From the NCBI RefSeq assembly GCF_009914755.1, contig NC_060929.1: a DNA stretch of 64,000 bases. One strand, written 5' to 3'. Positions 1 through 13,852 of the stretch are shown in pieces. How positions within the stretch are numbered: position 1 is the stretch's first letter; the number at the start of each line of letters is the position of its first letter. The DNA comes from the human T2T-CHM13v2.0 reference genome, Homo sapiens. Under the pieces are notes generated by a model. It ran no database searches. It worked only from the letters and a program-made list of their open reading frames with translations, and was not told the DNA's origin. The translations under genes and the position numbers were made by a program.

Positions 1-496
1 AGCTGCTGTTCCTCCTTGGCAGCTCATCACAGTGCCTAGGTGCCTCATCTTGGCTCTTAGCAGTGCTGATTTGCCTTGCAGATTTGAGCTCATGTTAATG
101 TTTGGCCCATGACTCAGTGGCAAAGAGTTGACTATATCCTATTTCCTCTGATTTTTCTAAAAATGAAAGACTGGGACTAGATGGAAACCTGGGATGGGTA
201 CTGTCTGTGCCTGTCCCTGCCTTTCGTACACAACATGAAGAGAAAGACGTGTTAATCCCCCCCAACCTCTTGATGAGCATCAACAAAACAGACGCATGGT
301 TTCCTTGAATGACATCCTGCATTAGGCAAATTGATTAAGCTGAGAGCGCCTAGTCACTGGACTGGTCGTCTCAAAAAAACTGGCAAGGAAGAAGATTGAA
401 ATACAAGACAGGAAACTAAGCTGATTGCTTTGCTGCTGAGTTAAATCAAAAATGCATGTAGTGTTAGGTCCCTGACTTGATATCCTTGTTTTGTAG

Positions 497-679
<183 letters not shown>

Positions 680-1064
680 TAGTATACTATTGATATCTCT
701 GGTATCTGAATTATCTTTCAGAACTATGAAGTGTGATCATATAGGTTTTGTCTTTCTTATGTAAATATTATGTATATGTATATATAAATGTATGTAATGT
801 GCTACCTTTTCTGAATCTTCCCCAGACTTTACCCCAGAGCCACACCTCTGCAGAACCTCTTGAGTAGCATTTTAATTAAGGATGCACCTCAGATGCAGCC
901 ATGAAACATTTTCAGAATAGCAGTGGCTGGGCCTCATCCTAAACCTACTGAAACAGTCCTTGAAGAAGCAACCCCTCATGCCATTCCTCCATTTAGAAAA
1001 GCAGAACAAAACAAAACACTCCCAATGATTTTGATAACTTCTCTAAGAACGATTCTCCCAGAAT

Positions 1065-1246
1065 GAATGATTTTCATTTCCCAGCTACACATCAGGATTA
1101 GCTAGGGGAGTTTTTACTAAATTATATGACTTAGGCCCACCTCCAGTGATTCTGATGTAATTATTCCAAGGTAGGGCCCTGGCATCGTTATTTTTAAAAG
1201 CTCCCAGGTGATTCTAACATATGTATCCCAGGTTAAGAAAAACTGA
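1065..1246. mobile_element. MER5A-like hAT-Charlie MITE
   Basis: Near-palindromic match to the MER5A consensus (…ttttaaaagctcccaggtgattctaa…ccaggttaagaa). Confidence 0.75.
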
Positions 1247-1837
1247 CTTAGGACTCTGTGAACCATAGTTTAAAAATGTTAAAGGATCAAAAGAACCAGA
1301 TCAGCACAATATGATACCAGAGGGGAATTGAGGGTCTGCATTCCTGACTTGTGACCTATGTTGTTTTATCTTTGAGGATTATTTTTTGGAGAGGGTATCT
1401 AGCAAGGATGGGTTGAGTATAATAAATAACTGATTAGAAATTTGAGATTGTAACCCTGGCAATGATCTGTCATATATAACATGTTCAAGAGAGTATTTCA
1501 CAGTATTTATAATTTTTTTTTTACCTTAAGTTTTTATACTTTCTGTATTTTCAAAGAGAGAACACATACTTGTTTGAAAATCCAGAAAAGACAGAAACAG
1601 AAGCCTGTCCCACTGTTCGAGTCAATGTTAGGCCTAAGCGTGGAACCACTCATTTCTCACCCTTTTGTAGAGAAAGAACATGGAGATGCCTGCACAACTG
1701 AGGGATTTAAGCTTTTTTTTTTTTTTTTTTTTTTACACCATGAGACATAGAAGCAATTCTTGATTTCCCCAACACAGAAACATACCACATTGTTAATTGT
1801 GGTTATTTATATGGCTGGTGTACCTTTCTTTCTATAT

Positions 1838-2021
1838 CAGGAGTCAGTAAACTCTATGAAGGTCCAGATAGTAAATATTTTAGGCTTTGCAGGCCTACTC
1901 AACGCTGCTGTTATGAATAATATGTACACAAGTGGACTTGACTGTCTTTTAATAAAACTTTATTTACAAAGAAAGGCAGTGCATGGTATTTGTCCCAGAA
2001 GCTATGGTTGGCTGACCCCTG
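1838..2021. mobile_element. MER58-like hAT-Charlie MITE
   Basis: caggagtcagtaaact…ccagatagtaaatattttaggctttgcagg…aataaaactttatttacaaa…gctgacccctg. Confidence 0.75.
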
Positions 2022-2305
2022 CTCAGTATCAGAAAAAATGTACAGATGACAGATATTGTGGTTTTGCAACCTGTCTGATCCTTGTTTTAAGATTTCTATA
2101 TTTTTACACATAGTCATGGAGATGAAAATGTGAAGTCTTTTCTTTCAACAGCGGCCAATAAGTATTTTGTTTCATTATATCTGCTACTTTTATATTGTAA
2201 AATAGAAGAAAACTGCCTACATGCATAGAATTACTCAAGGAAAATAAAATGTGAAGCTCTGCATTATTACTCCATCCATAAGAGCATGAAATAGTATTAT
2301 TTTAG

Positions 2306-2500
<195 letters not shown>

Positions 2501-3759
2501 TAAGGGCAGTGTTCTCTGTTTACTCCAATAAGCCCTCTATACATGATGGAAGTTGATTTGTAAAACATGTCAGCTTTTCACTTAACACTGAAATTTTCCT
2601 CATGTTTTACTTTTGTTCGCTTTTTTAGCTTTAGGATCCAAGAGGGTCAGCCAGAGATTGATTTACCTATTTTGCTGATTTTCTTTTGTGTCCATCTCAT
2701 CCTTGTCAGTATATGCTAACGGCAAGAGTTAGAAAAGGTGCTCCAGTACAGTTATCTTTATTTTAAACAGTGTAGGTATTTGCAGAAATCAGCTTGTTCT
2801 TTAGGAACTTTAATCGTGCATGTGCTTCTCTCTGCCATGCACGTGGAGCCTTTGGATTGGGCTCTTTACATGGAGGGAGCCTGGTGAGCCACACTTCGCT
2901 GTTAGAGAACACAGGTCTGTGGGCCTTCGCTGCAGGCTGCATTGCTTGGCGTGCTCTTACCGTCTGAACGGCCGTTTGCCACCATGCCAATCAGACGTTT
3001 ACAGACGCATACTTTATCTTTTCATTACTTTTATTTTTGTTTTTACAAGTCAGTATTTCACCCATTGTGCCACCTTTCAAATCATCCTGATGTGTTTATT
3101 CAGTGGTCCTACAGATATTGTCCTATAACTTACTTAGCCTTCAACTATTTTAGCCAGATAACAGCACACACCCTTAATTTTTTTCTAGTAGGTCCATGTG
3201 TTAATTTAATTTTCACTCACTATGTTACTGAATAATCTGTTTATGAGAAAATTACAAATTCAGCAAATGTCTTGCTTTTCGGCATACTGTATTTCTGCTG
3301 AACTCACCCCTGTGCCCACTTCTTCCGTCTTTCCCTTCAGCTCTGATGCCATGGGTTTTTTCCATATCGCCAGCACACATATTCTTCCTGATTGTGACAA
3401 AGCTTTGTGACATTTCCTTGGGAATTCACTTTAGCTCTGTACCTTTATATTGAGCTTTTTTCTTTTGCCAGAAGCTCATTGACATTAAATGCTCAGTCTT
3501 GTATGAGCTGTGTTTAACTGTTAATGTAATGCTTGTGTCATCCATTAGGCCCATCACTCATCCATATTTCACTTCTCTTCAAAGGCTTTCATTTTCTCTG
3601 TTGATTTATTGGTGTAAGTATTGAAATGCTTGACTGTATATTTCAGTAGACTATAGTGCTTAGATTTTCAACCTAACTACCTTACTTGAATTTTTCCTTT
3701 TTCTGAAATGAAGATATTTTCAAGACATTCTTGCTTGATGTGCCACCACACTAAATGGG

Positions 3760-3995
3760 GTTACGAATGCACACTTGAGTCCAATACCTGGGTTCAAATC
3801 CTTGATCCCCCACTTACTGACTGAGATCTTGGTTGAATTAGTTAAGCTTTTTGTTCCTTGGTTTTTGCCTCTGTGCAATAGATAACAGTAATCTATTTAC
3901 TGTGTAAGCTTCGTAGGAGGGTCAAACGGATTAATACATGTCGTCCTCTTAGAAGAGTGCCTGTCGTCATGTAGTAAACACTCAGTGAACGTTAG
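3760..3995 (+). mobile_element. MIR SINE
   Basis: Core cctgggttcaaatcc…cacttact and tail ttagaagagtgcctg…tagtaaacactcagtgaacgttag. Confidence 0.7.
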
Positions 3996-4963
3996 TTCTC
4001 CTCCTGGTTGTGCACACTATCACCTTAATATTTCTGAGTTGTGAGAGTGATATTTTACATGTAGCTGTTATTGTTGAACTGTAGTTTTATAAACTTGTTT
4101 TCACAAAGGCTCCTCAGGGCAGCTCTAATGTGTAACCACATTTTGAGTAGTGTACCACATGAGCACCTCCCGAGCACAGTGAAATGACAACCTGAGTCAT
4201 AATGACACACGGGCCTGAAATCTGCCTCCTCTTGGTATTCATTTCGCTTTAGGAATTAGAATTTAATTGATCCTCCTTTGAGCTGTGATTAAAAGTGGTG
4301 TTATTTCCACAGCCCTGCCACAGTCTTATCCACTGACTCTACTTAAACTTCTCTGTTCAGGGAATGGCTGTTGTTATGATAATTTGTTAGTAGTAGGTGG
4401 ACTGCCACATTTAAAAAATCTATTTATGATGAATTCAACTTTCCCAAAGGAGGGTTGCTTTTTTTTTCTCCTGTTGTCAGCCTCCCTGGGAATTTTACTA
4501 AAATAAAAAAATAAATAAAGGCTTTAACTATTTATTTAGTCCAAGGACTTGGCATTAATCCATAGTGATTTCTTGGTGATATTTTAATCTGTAGGAAACA
4601 GATCAGTAGATCAGTAAATTGGCTAGGCAAAAAAAAAAAAAAAAAAGGTGCATTTGATGGATGGAATGAGCATTTGCAGCATTATGGTAGCCTTGGATTT
4701 TGGTTAAGTTCTGTTAGCATTAGTATGCCTATTTAAAATTATATCTTCTTAAAATAAAGTTTACCAATTCTGGAATATTAGGAGGAATTCTATTCCTGTC
4801 ATCCTATTACTAGAATATCTTCCTATCCCTCTTCATTTCTTCTACCTTTATACATACTCATGTTTTCAGCTACGGTGCTAATGAACACATAATATATCCT
4901 GCTTGTTAAAACTTAATCATGAAGTATTTTTTGTATTCCGAATGGTCTTCATAGTGTTTCTAA

Positions 4964-5470
<507 letters not shown>

Positions 5471-5530
5471 TAGATGCTATTTAATCATGGATGTTTGCTT
5501 TGGGCTTTTAAATTATTATTACATTAGAAG

Positions 5531-5737
5531 AGAGGTCAACAAACTATGGCTTACTGGCCCAATGTGGCCCAGAGCCTTTCTTTTGTAAATAGATTTTACT
5601 GGAACACAGCCATGCCTATTCATTTAGGTAGTGTCTATGACAGCTTTTGAGCTGCAATAGCAGAGTTAGTGGTTACCACAGGGGCCTGCAATGCCTAAGG
5701 CATTTGGCCCCTTCCAGTAAAAGTTTTCCCACCCAGG
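5531..5737. mobile_element. MER58-like MITE, opposite orientation to the 1838 copy
   Basis: caaactatggc…tttgtaaatagattttactggaacacagccatgcctattcattta…. Confidence 0.7.
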
Positions 5738-6509
5738 TATTACAAAAGGTCTTGTATTATTACTTCTGTATTTGAAGAAGTAGATAAGAACTCAGTTTCA
5801 TCATTATTTTGGAGAACTAACAACTTGGTTTCTCATTTTAGATGAGTCAAACAGAGATGAGTTGTGTGGGCAGTGAGTTGAGTATCACATTGCATAATAG
5901 CTAATTTCTCCCCACAGGCAGTGTATGGTACCCTGAAGTTTTTCTAACCTGCTTAAAATAAGTTTCCAGAGCAGGCAGTCTTTGAATGCAGGGCTAAGCC
6001 CTCTTTCTGTTGAGTGGCTGTTTGGAGTTCCACATGGACTTTTCTTACAAAAACCACACCCTTACTGCAGCTATTACCAGTTTTAATTTCTTGTTTTTTT
6101 TAATGAAGACAGATTTAGACATTTAAGAAATAATTTGGATGCAGCATCTTTCTTGTATATTAGCACTGTTTGTAAACACCTGGTATGATAGCAATTTTTT
6201 TTAGCATCTTTTATAATGTCTTTCTAAAGCTTTCATGTAAGTATGATTTTGTGTATAAACAACTATGGGCTATTGTTTTTGCACTTGTACTTCATTATTT
6301 TGTGAATTGTTTAAGTGAGATAATTGCAGTAAGTGTATCTCAGTCTGGTTTGGGAACAGACACAACTTATGCCTGGACTGGTGGGAGCAGAGTGCAGTGT
6401 TGCACCACAGACAGGATCAGTTCATGGCAGCGGGGATAGAGATTAATCATTAATCTGACTAGGAGTTTTAAATTAGCCGGAAGATCTGTTAAGAGTTTAT
6501 GGGTTTTTT

Positions 6510-6610
6510 CCGGGAGGCGGAGGTTGCAGTGAGCCAAGATTGCGCCACTGCACTCCAGCCTGAGCGACAGAGTAAGACTCCGTCTCAAAAAAAAAAAAAA
6601 AAAAAAAAAA
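6510..6610 (+). mobile_element. 5'-truncated Alu (right-arm 3' end) with poly(A) and TSD
   Basis: ccgggaggcggaggttgcagtgagcc…gactccgtctc(A)n, flanked by aagagtttatgggtttttt and aaaagtttctgggtttttt. Confidence 0.92.
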
Positions 6611-6761
6611 GTTTCTGGGTTTTTTCTTAATAGAAAGTGTCATTAAATAGGCTTGAGTTGTTAATAATGTAGTTAAAAGATTTAACAAATCTGAAGTACT
6701 TAAGAGAGACAATATAAATATGAAATAATATACTGAGAGAGTAAAGAATTGGGAAAAAAAG

Positions 6762-9622
6762 AATGTTTTGTAGGGCATCCTCTTGGGACCATTGCCTTGA
6801 GGCACAGAGGGGTTGGAAGCAGGATTGGGCACAGTGAGAAGCTGAGCTGCGATGCAGTCTCAACAAAGGCCTCAGTCAGCTCCTCTCCATATGGTACCTT
6901 TCTGCCATGTGGAAGTATTACCTCTAATAACCAGAGGGTCTTCTGGGTTGTGTGGTAGAGCGGCAGGACCTGTTAACGAGCACTGTCACTTGGATCTGCT
7001 GTAGAGCCCTCTCCTGCTCTGGGCCCCACGCAAAGCTGGTGGCCTTTTCTGTCACCTGGTATTTGGGTCTCAGCAGTCCTCCCAGGTATGGAATGTGCTA
7101 CCCACAGATCCTGAAGAGACTTAGCAGTGGTTCTGCTTCTCTCTAGAAGTGAGGTACAAGGTGCACTAGTGTGGCCTTCACTTGGGAGGGGATGTCCTGA
7201 CGTGCACCAAACTGTTAGAACCCTAAAAATTGTGCTGGCACTGCAGGCCCTTTAATTGCATAGGGCATGGGTCTTACCAAAGACCGCACTGTCCTGGCTA
7301 CTCCTCGTTGCTCATTCAGTCTGATAGCACGATGCCCCTGATAGAGTAGGCTAGTGTGGTGCTTTGCAGGTGTTCCACATTTATTCAGACTCTTATAACA
7401 GCAGGCAGGACTTATGATAGCCCTGGGGCATAATTGTAAATTTATACATTGTTCCAGCGCAAAGTGAACTGTTTCTGATCCTCTTTAGTGATAGGGTTGG
7501 GAAGGAGCACTTTGACTAAATCATTGTCCGTGTACCTGAGGCCATGCTAGTCTACTTTGTTAAGGAAAACCAGCTTGCACGGAGGTTACAGTGGACCTGT
7601 TTCTTGTTTGAGTTTCCAGTAGTTCAGTGTCATCCCCCAGGATTTATGTGGTTTTTGCAGTGGTCAAACTGGTGAATTAAATGGAGATACGATAGAGACC
7701 ATCCCCTGTGTCCTCCAGCTTTTTAAGGATGTCATTTCTCTCAGGATGCTATTTTGTTTCTCTTGTTCTATCTTGGTGTTTAGGGAGGAGGATGGCGTCA
7801 AATTCAGAGACTTCTTCTTGGCCCTCCCCATGATGATAGATCTTAACGTCATAGGCCAATAATTCGGTGTTGCCCTGTGCCAGCTGCTGAGTGGCCACTG
7901 GAGGTCCTGGGCCAGGACGCCATTTACCGCCTGGCCCCCATGTGCCTTGCTGTCATAGATGAGCTATGCTGATGCTTTGGGTCCCTGGGTAACAACATTC
8001 ATTTGAACCCCCTCTTAACAGACCCTGGAATGTTTGCACATTCCCCTTAGCCCAGTGTACATTTCCCCTTTGGGAGAAGGACTGCAGAAGCCATTGTCAA
8101 GTACAGTTTCTATAGTGTCTCACAGTCCCTCCTCCTAGGGACCTCTTCTCTCCTACAGTCAGTGGGTTGCAGGTCTGGAAACAGGGCAAAGGATCGTTTT
8201 TATTGGAGCAGCGGCCTACAGCTCCTTTTACATGCCTCCTTGATTTCTTTTCATTGTAAGGATTGATCCAGTGCCTTTGTGGGCTGCCCATTTTTTACAT
8301 CTGTGTTCTGCCCTCCTCAATTTAGGACCTCAGCTGTGTTGTGTGCATTCTCTCCTAGCTCCTGTGGGGGCATAGTGCTCTGTCGTATACTTTCTTAGGG
8401 GTTAGTCCCTTACCTTCCTTAGCTAGCCCAGTGCTTTAGTGGCCGAGTGTGTCGCAACAACCCCAGTTATTGGTCTAGCAACCAGAAGAGGGGATGGGGT
8501 GTGGTAGTGGGGGTACAGGCATGTGCTGTGGGCAGAGGTCCTTACACCATCCAGATGCGAGAAGGGAGTTCTTACTCTTCATGGGAGGGACTGGCCACAT
8601 CTGCAGGCTCAAAGAGTTCAAGGGAATCTGGGTAGGAAGATTTTTAAGGGAATCTGGGTAGTCAAGATTTTTAAGGCGTTCTGGGTAGTCAAGATTTTTA
8701 AGGGAATCTGAGTATTCAAGATTTTTTTTCCCAGTTAGTCCTTGGCTTTCTCTGCCTTCACTGTCATGGGCTGCATGAGATGACTGTGTCTTTCTAAGCT
8801 CCTGAGGATGTCCCCTGGCTTAGTTCTATTTTAGTTTTACTTAGTTCTTAATTGGTGATTTGTCCTTTAAGCTTTTTGCATTTTTTTTCAAGTGCGAGTG
8901 AATTTTAGCAGTAGCCCCCCAAGTCCCACCAGTCTTCTCTTCTGCTGTTTCTCTCTAGTTCTCAAGCACCTGATGGATCTTGCAAGGTGATGCATTTGCT
9001 TCCACTGGCACTCCCTGCTACTTACGGTTGCATTGTTGCTGTGTGCCAGTGCCGTCTGTCTGCTCTCTCACTGGTGTGGTGTTCTCATTGTCAAACAGGC
9101 AGATGATCCAGCTCTAGACTCCATTTTAGCATCTTTCCCAGGCTACCCTGGCACTGACTGTCACAGGCTGGTTCCCAGGAGTCAAACAATGAGATGTTTT
9201 TAGGGCATCCTCTTGACAGCATCATCTTTGGGCATGGAGGGATGGAAGCAGGATTGGGCACAGTGAGAAGCTGAGCTGCTGTGCAGTCTCAGCAAAGGCC
9301 TCAGCCAATCCCACAGGGTTCTCTGGAGCTGGTGGGTCTTCAGAGTTGTCCTGAGTTGGAACGAAGAGGCTGGACCTTTGTAGTCTTTGATGAGACATTG
9401 GATGTGGGTTGCCTCTGAAAGGAGGTGTGGGCAGGGGTAAGGTGTGACCTAAGAATGCTGAAGTGTTTCTTTCAGGTGGCAGAGGTAGTCATTGTCAGCA
9501 CTGCCATAGCCTTTGCAGAAGGCAGTCTTCTTAGGGGTACATCTCAGTACCCCCACATTATGGCTCCCAGACACCCAGAACTGACCTTCATCCCAGCTTT
9601 CCCATATAGCCACTTATCCACA
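6762..9622 (-). mobile_element. Degenerate ERV-L-class provirus (LTR33/LTR16-like LTRs plus pol fossil) in MTRR intron 5
   Basis: Two same-orientation LTR copies at 6762-6880 (partial) and 9159-9622 share gaagcaggattgggcacagtgagaagctgagctgc. Minus-strand RT-like peptides: SPFNSPV*PLQKPHKSWGMTLNYWKL, KEDQKQFTLRW..FTIMPQGY and HIPYLGGLLRPKYQVTEKATSFAWGPEQERAL. Confidence 0.85.
8621..8725. repeat. Tandem repeat, about 4 x 27 bp
   Basis: Unit AGGGAATCTGGGTAGTCAAGATTTTTA, inside the ERV internal region. Confidence 0.9.
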
Positions 9623-9729
9623 GTTAATTGACTAGTACTGTTAAAATATTTTGTTTTTAAACTTAGGAATATAGAAAAGGAGTAGGGAGTATTATAAAGA
9701 ACTGGGATTTTTTGCAGTTTTCCAAGACC

Positions 9730-9870
9730 TACTGTGTCCAGTACAGGAGCTGCTGGCCACATATAGCTACTCAAATTTAAATTAATGAACATTTGTTAAG
9801 ATTAATAATTAGTTTCTTAGTGACACTACCTGTATTTCACCAGCCATATTTCAGCAGCCATATGAACAGC
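9730..9870. mobile_element. MER3/MER33-like hAT-Charlie fragment
   Basis: ctgtgtccagtacagg…ggccacatatagctactcaaatttaaattaa…. Confidence 0.6.
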
Positions 9871-10225
9871 ATTGCCCCACACTAGGGGGTTCCTGTGACC
9901 ATCTACACACATGTTGCATTCTTAAACATCTGTCACATTCTTCAAGATCTCTCCTTCCTGAAACATTTGCAGACATTCTGTTTCCCTTGACGTAGTTTAT
10001 TAGGAAAACTACTAGATCTTTACATGAACATGCCAGTATTTTTATTTTCTATTTGTATTTCAGAAATTCTAATGTCTAATAGATAAAGCGTTTGAGATAG
10101 AATTGAGCTTCTCTTCTGAAAAGCTAGCTCCATATATCTGCCCTCATTCATTTACCTTGGAAATGAATACTGAGTAGCCAGGAAGTTTTGTAAGCCCCTG
10201 TGGATCTTGCGTAGTCACTAATTGA

Positions 10226-10432
<207 letters not shown>

Positions 10433-10456
10433 TAATATTGTCAGGATGTGCAGAAA

Positions 10457-10746
10457 GAGTTGTGTGGTGCTTGGTTATATATGCTGAGTGGTGTGCTGCT
10501 TGGTTACATATGCTGAGTTGTGTGCGGCTTGGTTACATGTGCTGAGTTGTGTGGTGCTTGGTTACATATGCTGAGTTGTGTGGTGCTTGGTTACATATGC
10601 TGAGTTGTGTGGTGCTTGGTTACATATGCTGAGTTGTGTGGTGCTTGGTTACATATGCTGAGTTGTGTGGTGCTTGGTTACATATGCTGAGTTGTGTGGT
10701 GCTTGGTTATGTATGCTGAGTTGTGTGGTGCTTGGTTATACATGCT
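10457..10746. repeat. Minisatellite/VNTR, 10 x 29 bp
   Basis: Unit GAGTTGTGTGGTGCTTGGTTACATATGCT. Ten contiguous copies counted; units 4-8 are identical and there are no spacers. Confidence 0.95.
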
Positions 10747-10848
10747 CAGAAGAATGAGAGGTCTCTGACAGGACATCTTGCCATTTTATTCCTGACCCAT
10801 CATTTTTTTCTCTCTTCTATTTTCACACCTATTTTCTTTCCACTTCAG

Positions 10849-10988
10849 GGAAGGACTAGGGAAGAATGGCTGGAGGAGATTCAGCCTGAGAGGAAGATGC
10901 TGGCTTACTCAATAAGCCATGAAAGAATAATGGGATCAGAACAGCATTTTATATATAAGAGGCCCAGGAAAGGAAGCTGTCCACTAAG
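10849..10988 (+). other. MTRR: Cryptic 140-nt pseudoexon in MTRR intron 6 (activated by c.903+469T>C in cblE)
   Basis: Branch-like CTGAC (A at 10795), long polypyrimidine tract, ttcag|GGAAGG acceptor and AAG|gtcagc donor give exactly 140 nt. 10402+469=10871 is T and is exon position 23, matching the described cblE pseudoexon. Confidence 0.92.
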
Positions 10989-11018
10989 GTCAGCCAGGAA
11001 GTTAGAAATAGAGCCTAA

Positions 11019-11332
<314 letters not shown>

Positions 11333-11412
11333 TTAGGGTTAATTCCTCAGAGCAGTGGTTTTGATTTCTTGAGAATCTGGAAAAAATTATGGACTCTCCC
11401 AAAAAATGATTA

Positions 11413-11724
11413 CACTTGTCCCTTAGTATCTTCGAAGGATTTGTCCCAGGACCCCTTTCAGATACCCAAATCCTCAAAGCTCAAGTCCCTTATGTAAAAT
11501 GTTACAGTATTTGTATATAATCTATGCACATCCTCCCCTACACTTTAAGTCATCTGTAGATTACTTACAGTATCTAACACCACGTAAGTAGTTGCTATAC
11601 TGTATTTTTAAGTTTACATTATTTTTATTGTTATTTTTTATTGTTTTTTTCCGTCCCAAATATTTTCCATTCAGGTTTGGTTGATTCTGAGGGTGGAGAA
11701 CCTGAGGATATGGAGGGCCAACTG
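11413..11724. mobile_element. MER2 (Tigger-type MITE) nested in an older Charlie-like MITE (~11350-11845)
   Basis: TA|cacttgtcccttagtatc…gatatggagggccaactg|TA: terminal inverted repeats with a TA TSD. Confidence 0.8.
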
Positions 11725-12825
11725 TATATAGAAACATTTACGTACAGTTTTAGTCTGAGATGTGCCTCGATGCACCCCCTCCATGGGCCCCCTTCCTACC
11801 CTCCACACCCTGCTGGAATCCATTGACCTTAGGTTAAGAAACTGACTGATAATCCTAAAATAAGTGTTTGAGTACCTCTTCAAAGTCATTTAGCTCAACC
11901 GTTTATTTTATGAAAGTCTTGAGAGGTTAAGTGGGTTATTCTTTCAGAAAAGCAAGGGCACATTAAGGCTGTTGGTGTAGATTTAATCAAACTTCCTAAC
12001 AGAAAAAAATACAATGTGTCAAAACTAGATGGTTTTGCATCCATAAATATTAATACTATGTACACCAAAATATTTTTTATTCTGGTATTTTACATTTTTG
12101 TCATAAAGAGGCAAGGGTTGGTCTGTGCTTAGTCCAGTCTCTCTCCCTTGCTGGCAAGAAATGTGAGCTTGTGTCATTGTGAGAGGCTCCTCCCCAGAGC
12201 CCTGGCCTGCATCTGTATCACTCTGGGGCTTAGAGGCAATGGGCCTAGTAATAGACTTGACTTGGGAAGTGGTGACTTTTTCAGCCCATGTTTGCTCACA
12301 ACCAGTATCGAGCCAGATAGTGTAATGTTTTATACTTAAGGAAATAAAGTACCCTTTCCTGTCCCCTAAAGGAAAAGAGTAAAGTAAGGAGAAGAAAATT
12401 GAAAACCAATGCATTTGACCATAATTAGTTTCTTTTGGTCATAATGTATGTTTTCGTGTGTGTGTGCATGTATGTTTTTGTAAGAGGGATTTTTATATTT
12501 ACATGGGTTATTGAAAACACCATAGGACCTTACTTTGTAGAGAACAAGGAAGGTCTGACTTCCATTCTTTAAGTATGATAAAAGGCAAAACACTGGGTAA
12601 CTACCAGATTTCGTTTTAATAGTAACTGCTAATAATGAAAGTATGTTTATTTGGTTAGTTGGGCTTATTTTTTAAAACAATTGTGTGTTTTTTTTTTTGA
12701 AATTCTATTTTCTGAGTTCACATATTAAAATCATAATATTGAAAACTATATTTTTGTTACCCTACAGCTTAAACTATGTAACACGTATAATGTATTTTTT
12801 TTTTTTCATTTTGGCTCTTCTCTAG

Positions 12826-12979
12826 AATACAGACTTTTCCTATCAGCCTGGAGATGCCTTCAGCGTGATCTGCCCTAACAGTGATTCTGAGGTACAAAGC
12901 CTACTCCAAAGACTGCAGCTTGAAGATAAAAGAGAGCACTGCGTCCTTTTGAAAATAAAGGCAGACACAAAGAAGAAAG
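12826..12979 (+). CDS. MTRR: MTRR exon 7
   Basis: ctctag|AATACA...AGAAAG|gtaaca, 154 nt. Encodes [30 protein letters not shown]...ADTKKK, with the YQPGD FAD-domain motif. Confidence 0.96.
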
Positions 12980-13735
12980 GTAACAGCCCTGATGCTGTGA
13001 CGTTGGGGTGTTGTGGGCCAGTGGACTGGAGCTGATGGTGAGAGTGTGGCTCTAAGGTTCAGGGTCCTGTGTGTTGGCCGCACAGATGCCTGGGGCTCAG
13101 CTGCGCATCAAGGTCTGGGAACACAGGCATACGCTGGTATTGGTAGTTTCTTAACTTTCATGTTAATTGCACTGAATAAGAAGATAATGGATGTTCTAAT
13201 TATTGGACATTTGTGGACATGAAAACTGAGTGTAAATGTAGTTTTTGAGAAGCATTGGCCTAGGTTATTTTTAAAAATTCTTTTCCTATTATGTTTACTT
13301 CTCATAGTATGTTTGTTTTTGCTCATTTATTATATAAAATAATTGCTTTTTCCATAATTAAGAGAAGTTATTTATTTTTCAAAATATAAATATATTATTT
13401 ACTTAGAATCTTGAAGTAGTCCTAAATTGATTTTTTGAGAAGAATAATGCTAATGGAGTACTGCTGTCTTTTTAGCTTTCATTTCCTTAATTTTAAATAA
13501 TTTTCCTTTCTTTTATTTGGCCTATCTTGAATTTATAGTCTTCTTATGTTTTTGTAAGGTGGAGTTTTTTACTGTATTCATTTTGGGGAATTTTTTTGGC
13601 TGAATAAACATTGCCACAAGTCATGTTGCACTTTGATGCGCTGTAAAGTACTACAGTAATTGTGTTTTGGGGAGTGTGTAAAACATTTTATTCTTCATCT
13701 TCTATGTCATGAACCCCTTTCCCGTCTTTACCTGA

Positions 13736-13852
<117 letters not shown>

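Noticed and set aside
6367-6832. ORFs containing [17 protein letters not shown] / SVAQAGVQW
   Set aside because: Antisense Alu translation. The same applies to ORFs near 11075, 19052 and 46952.
10457-10746. 29-bp repeats as a CRISPR array
   Set aside because: Head-to-tail units with no spacers, in a human intron: a minisatellite.
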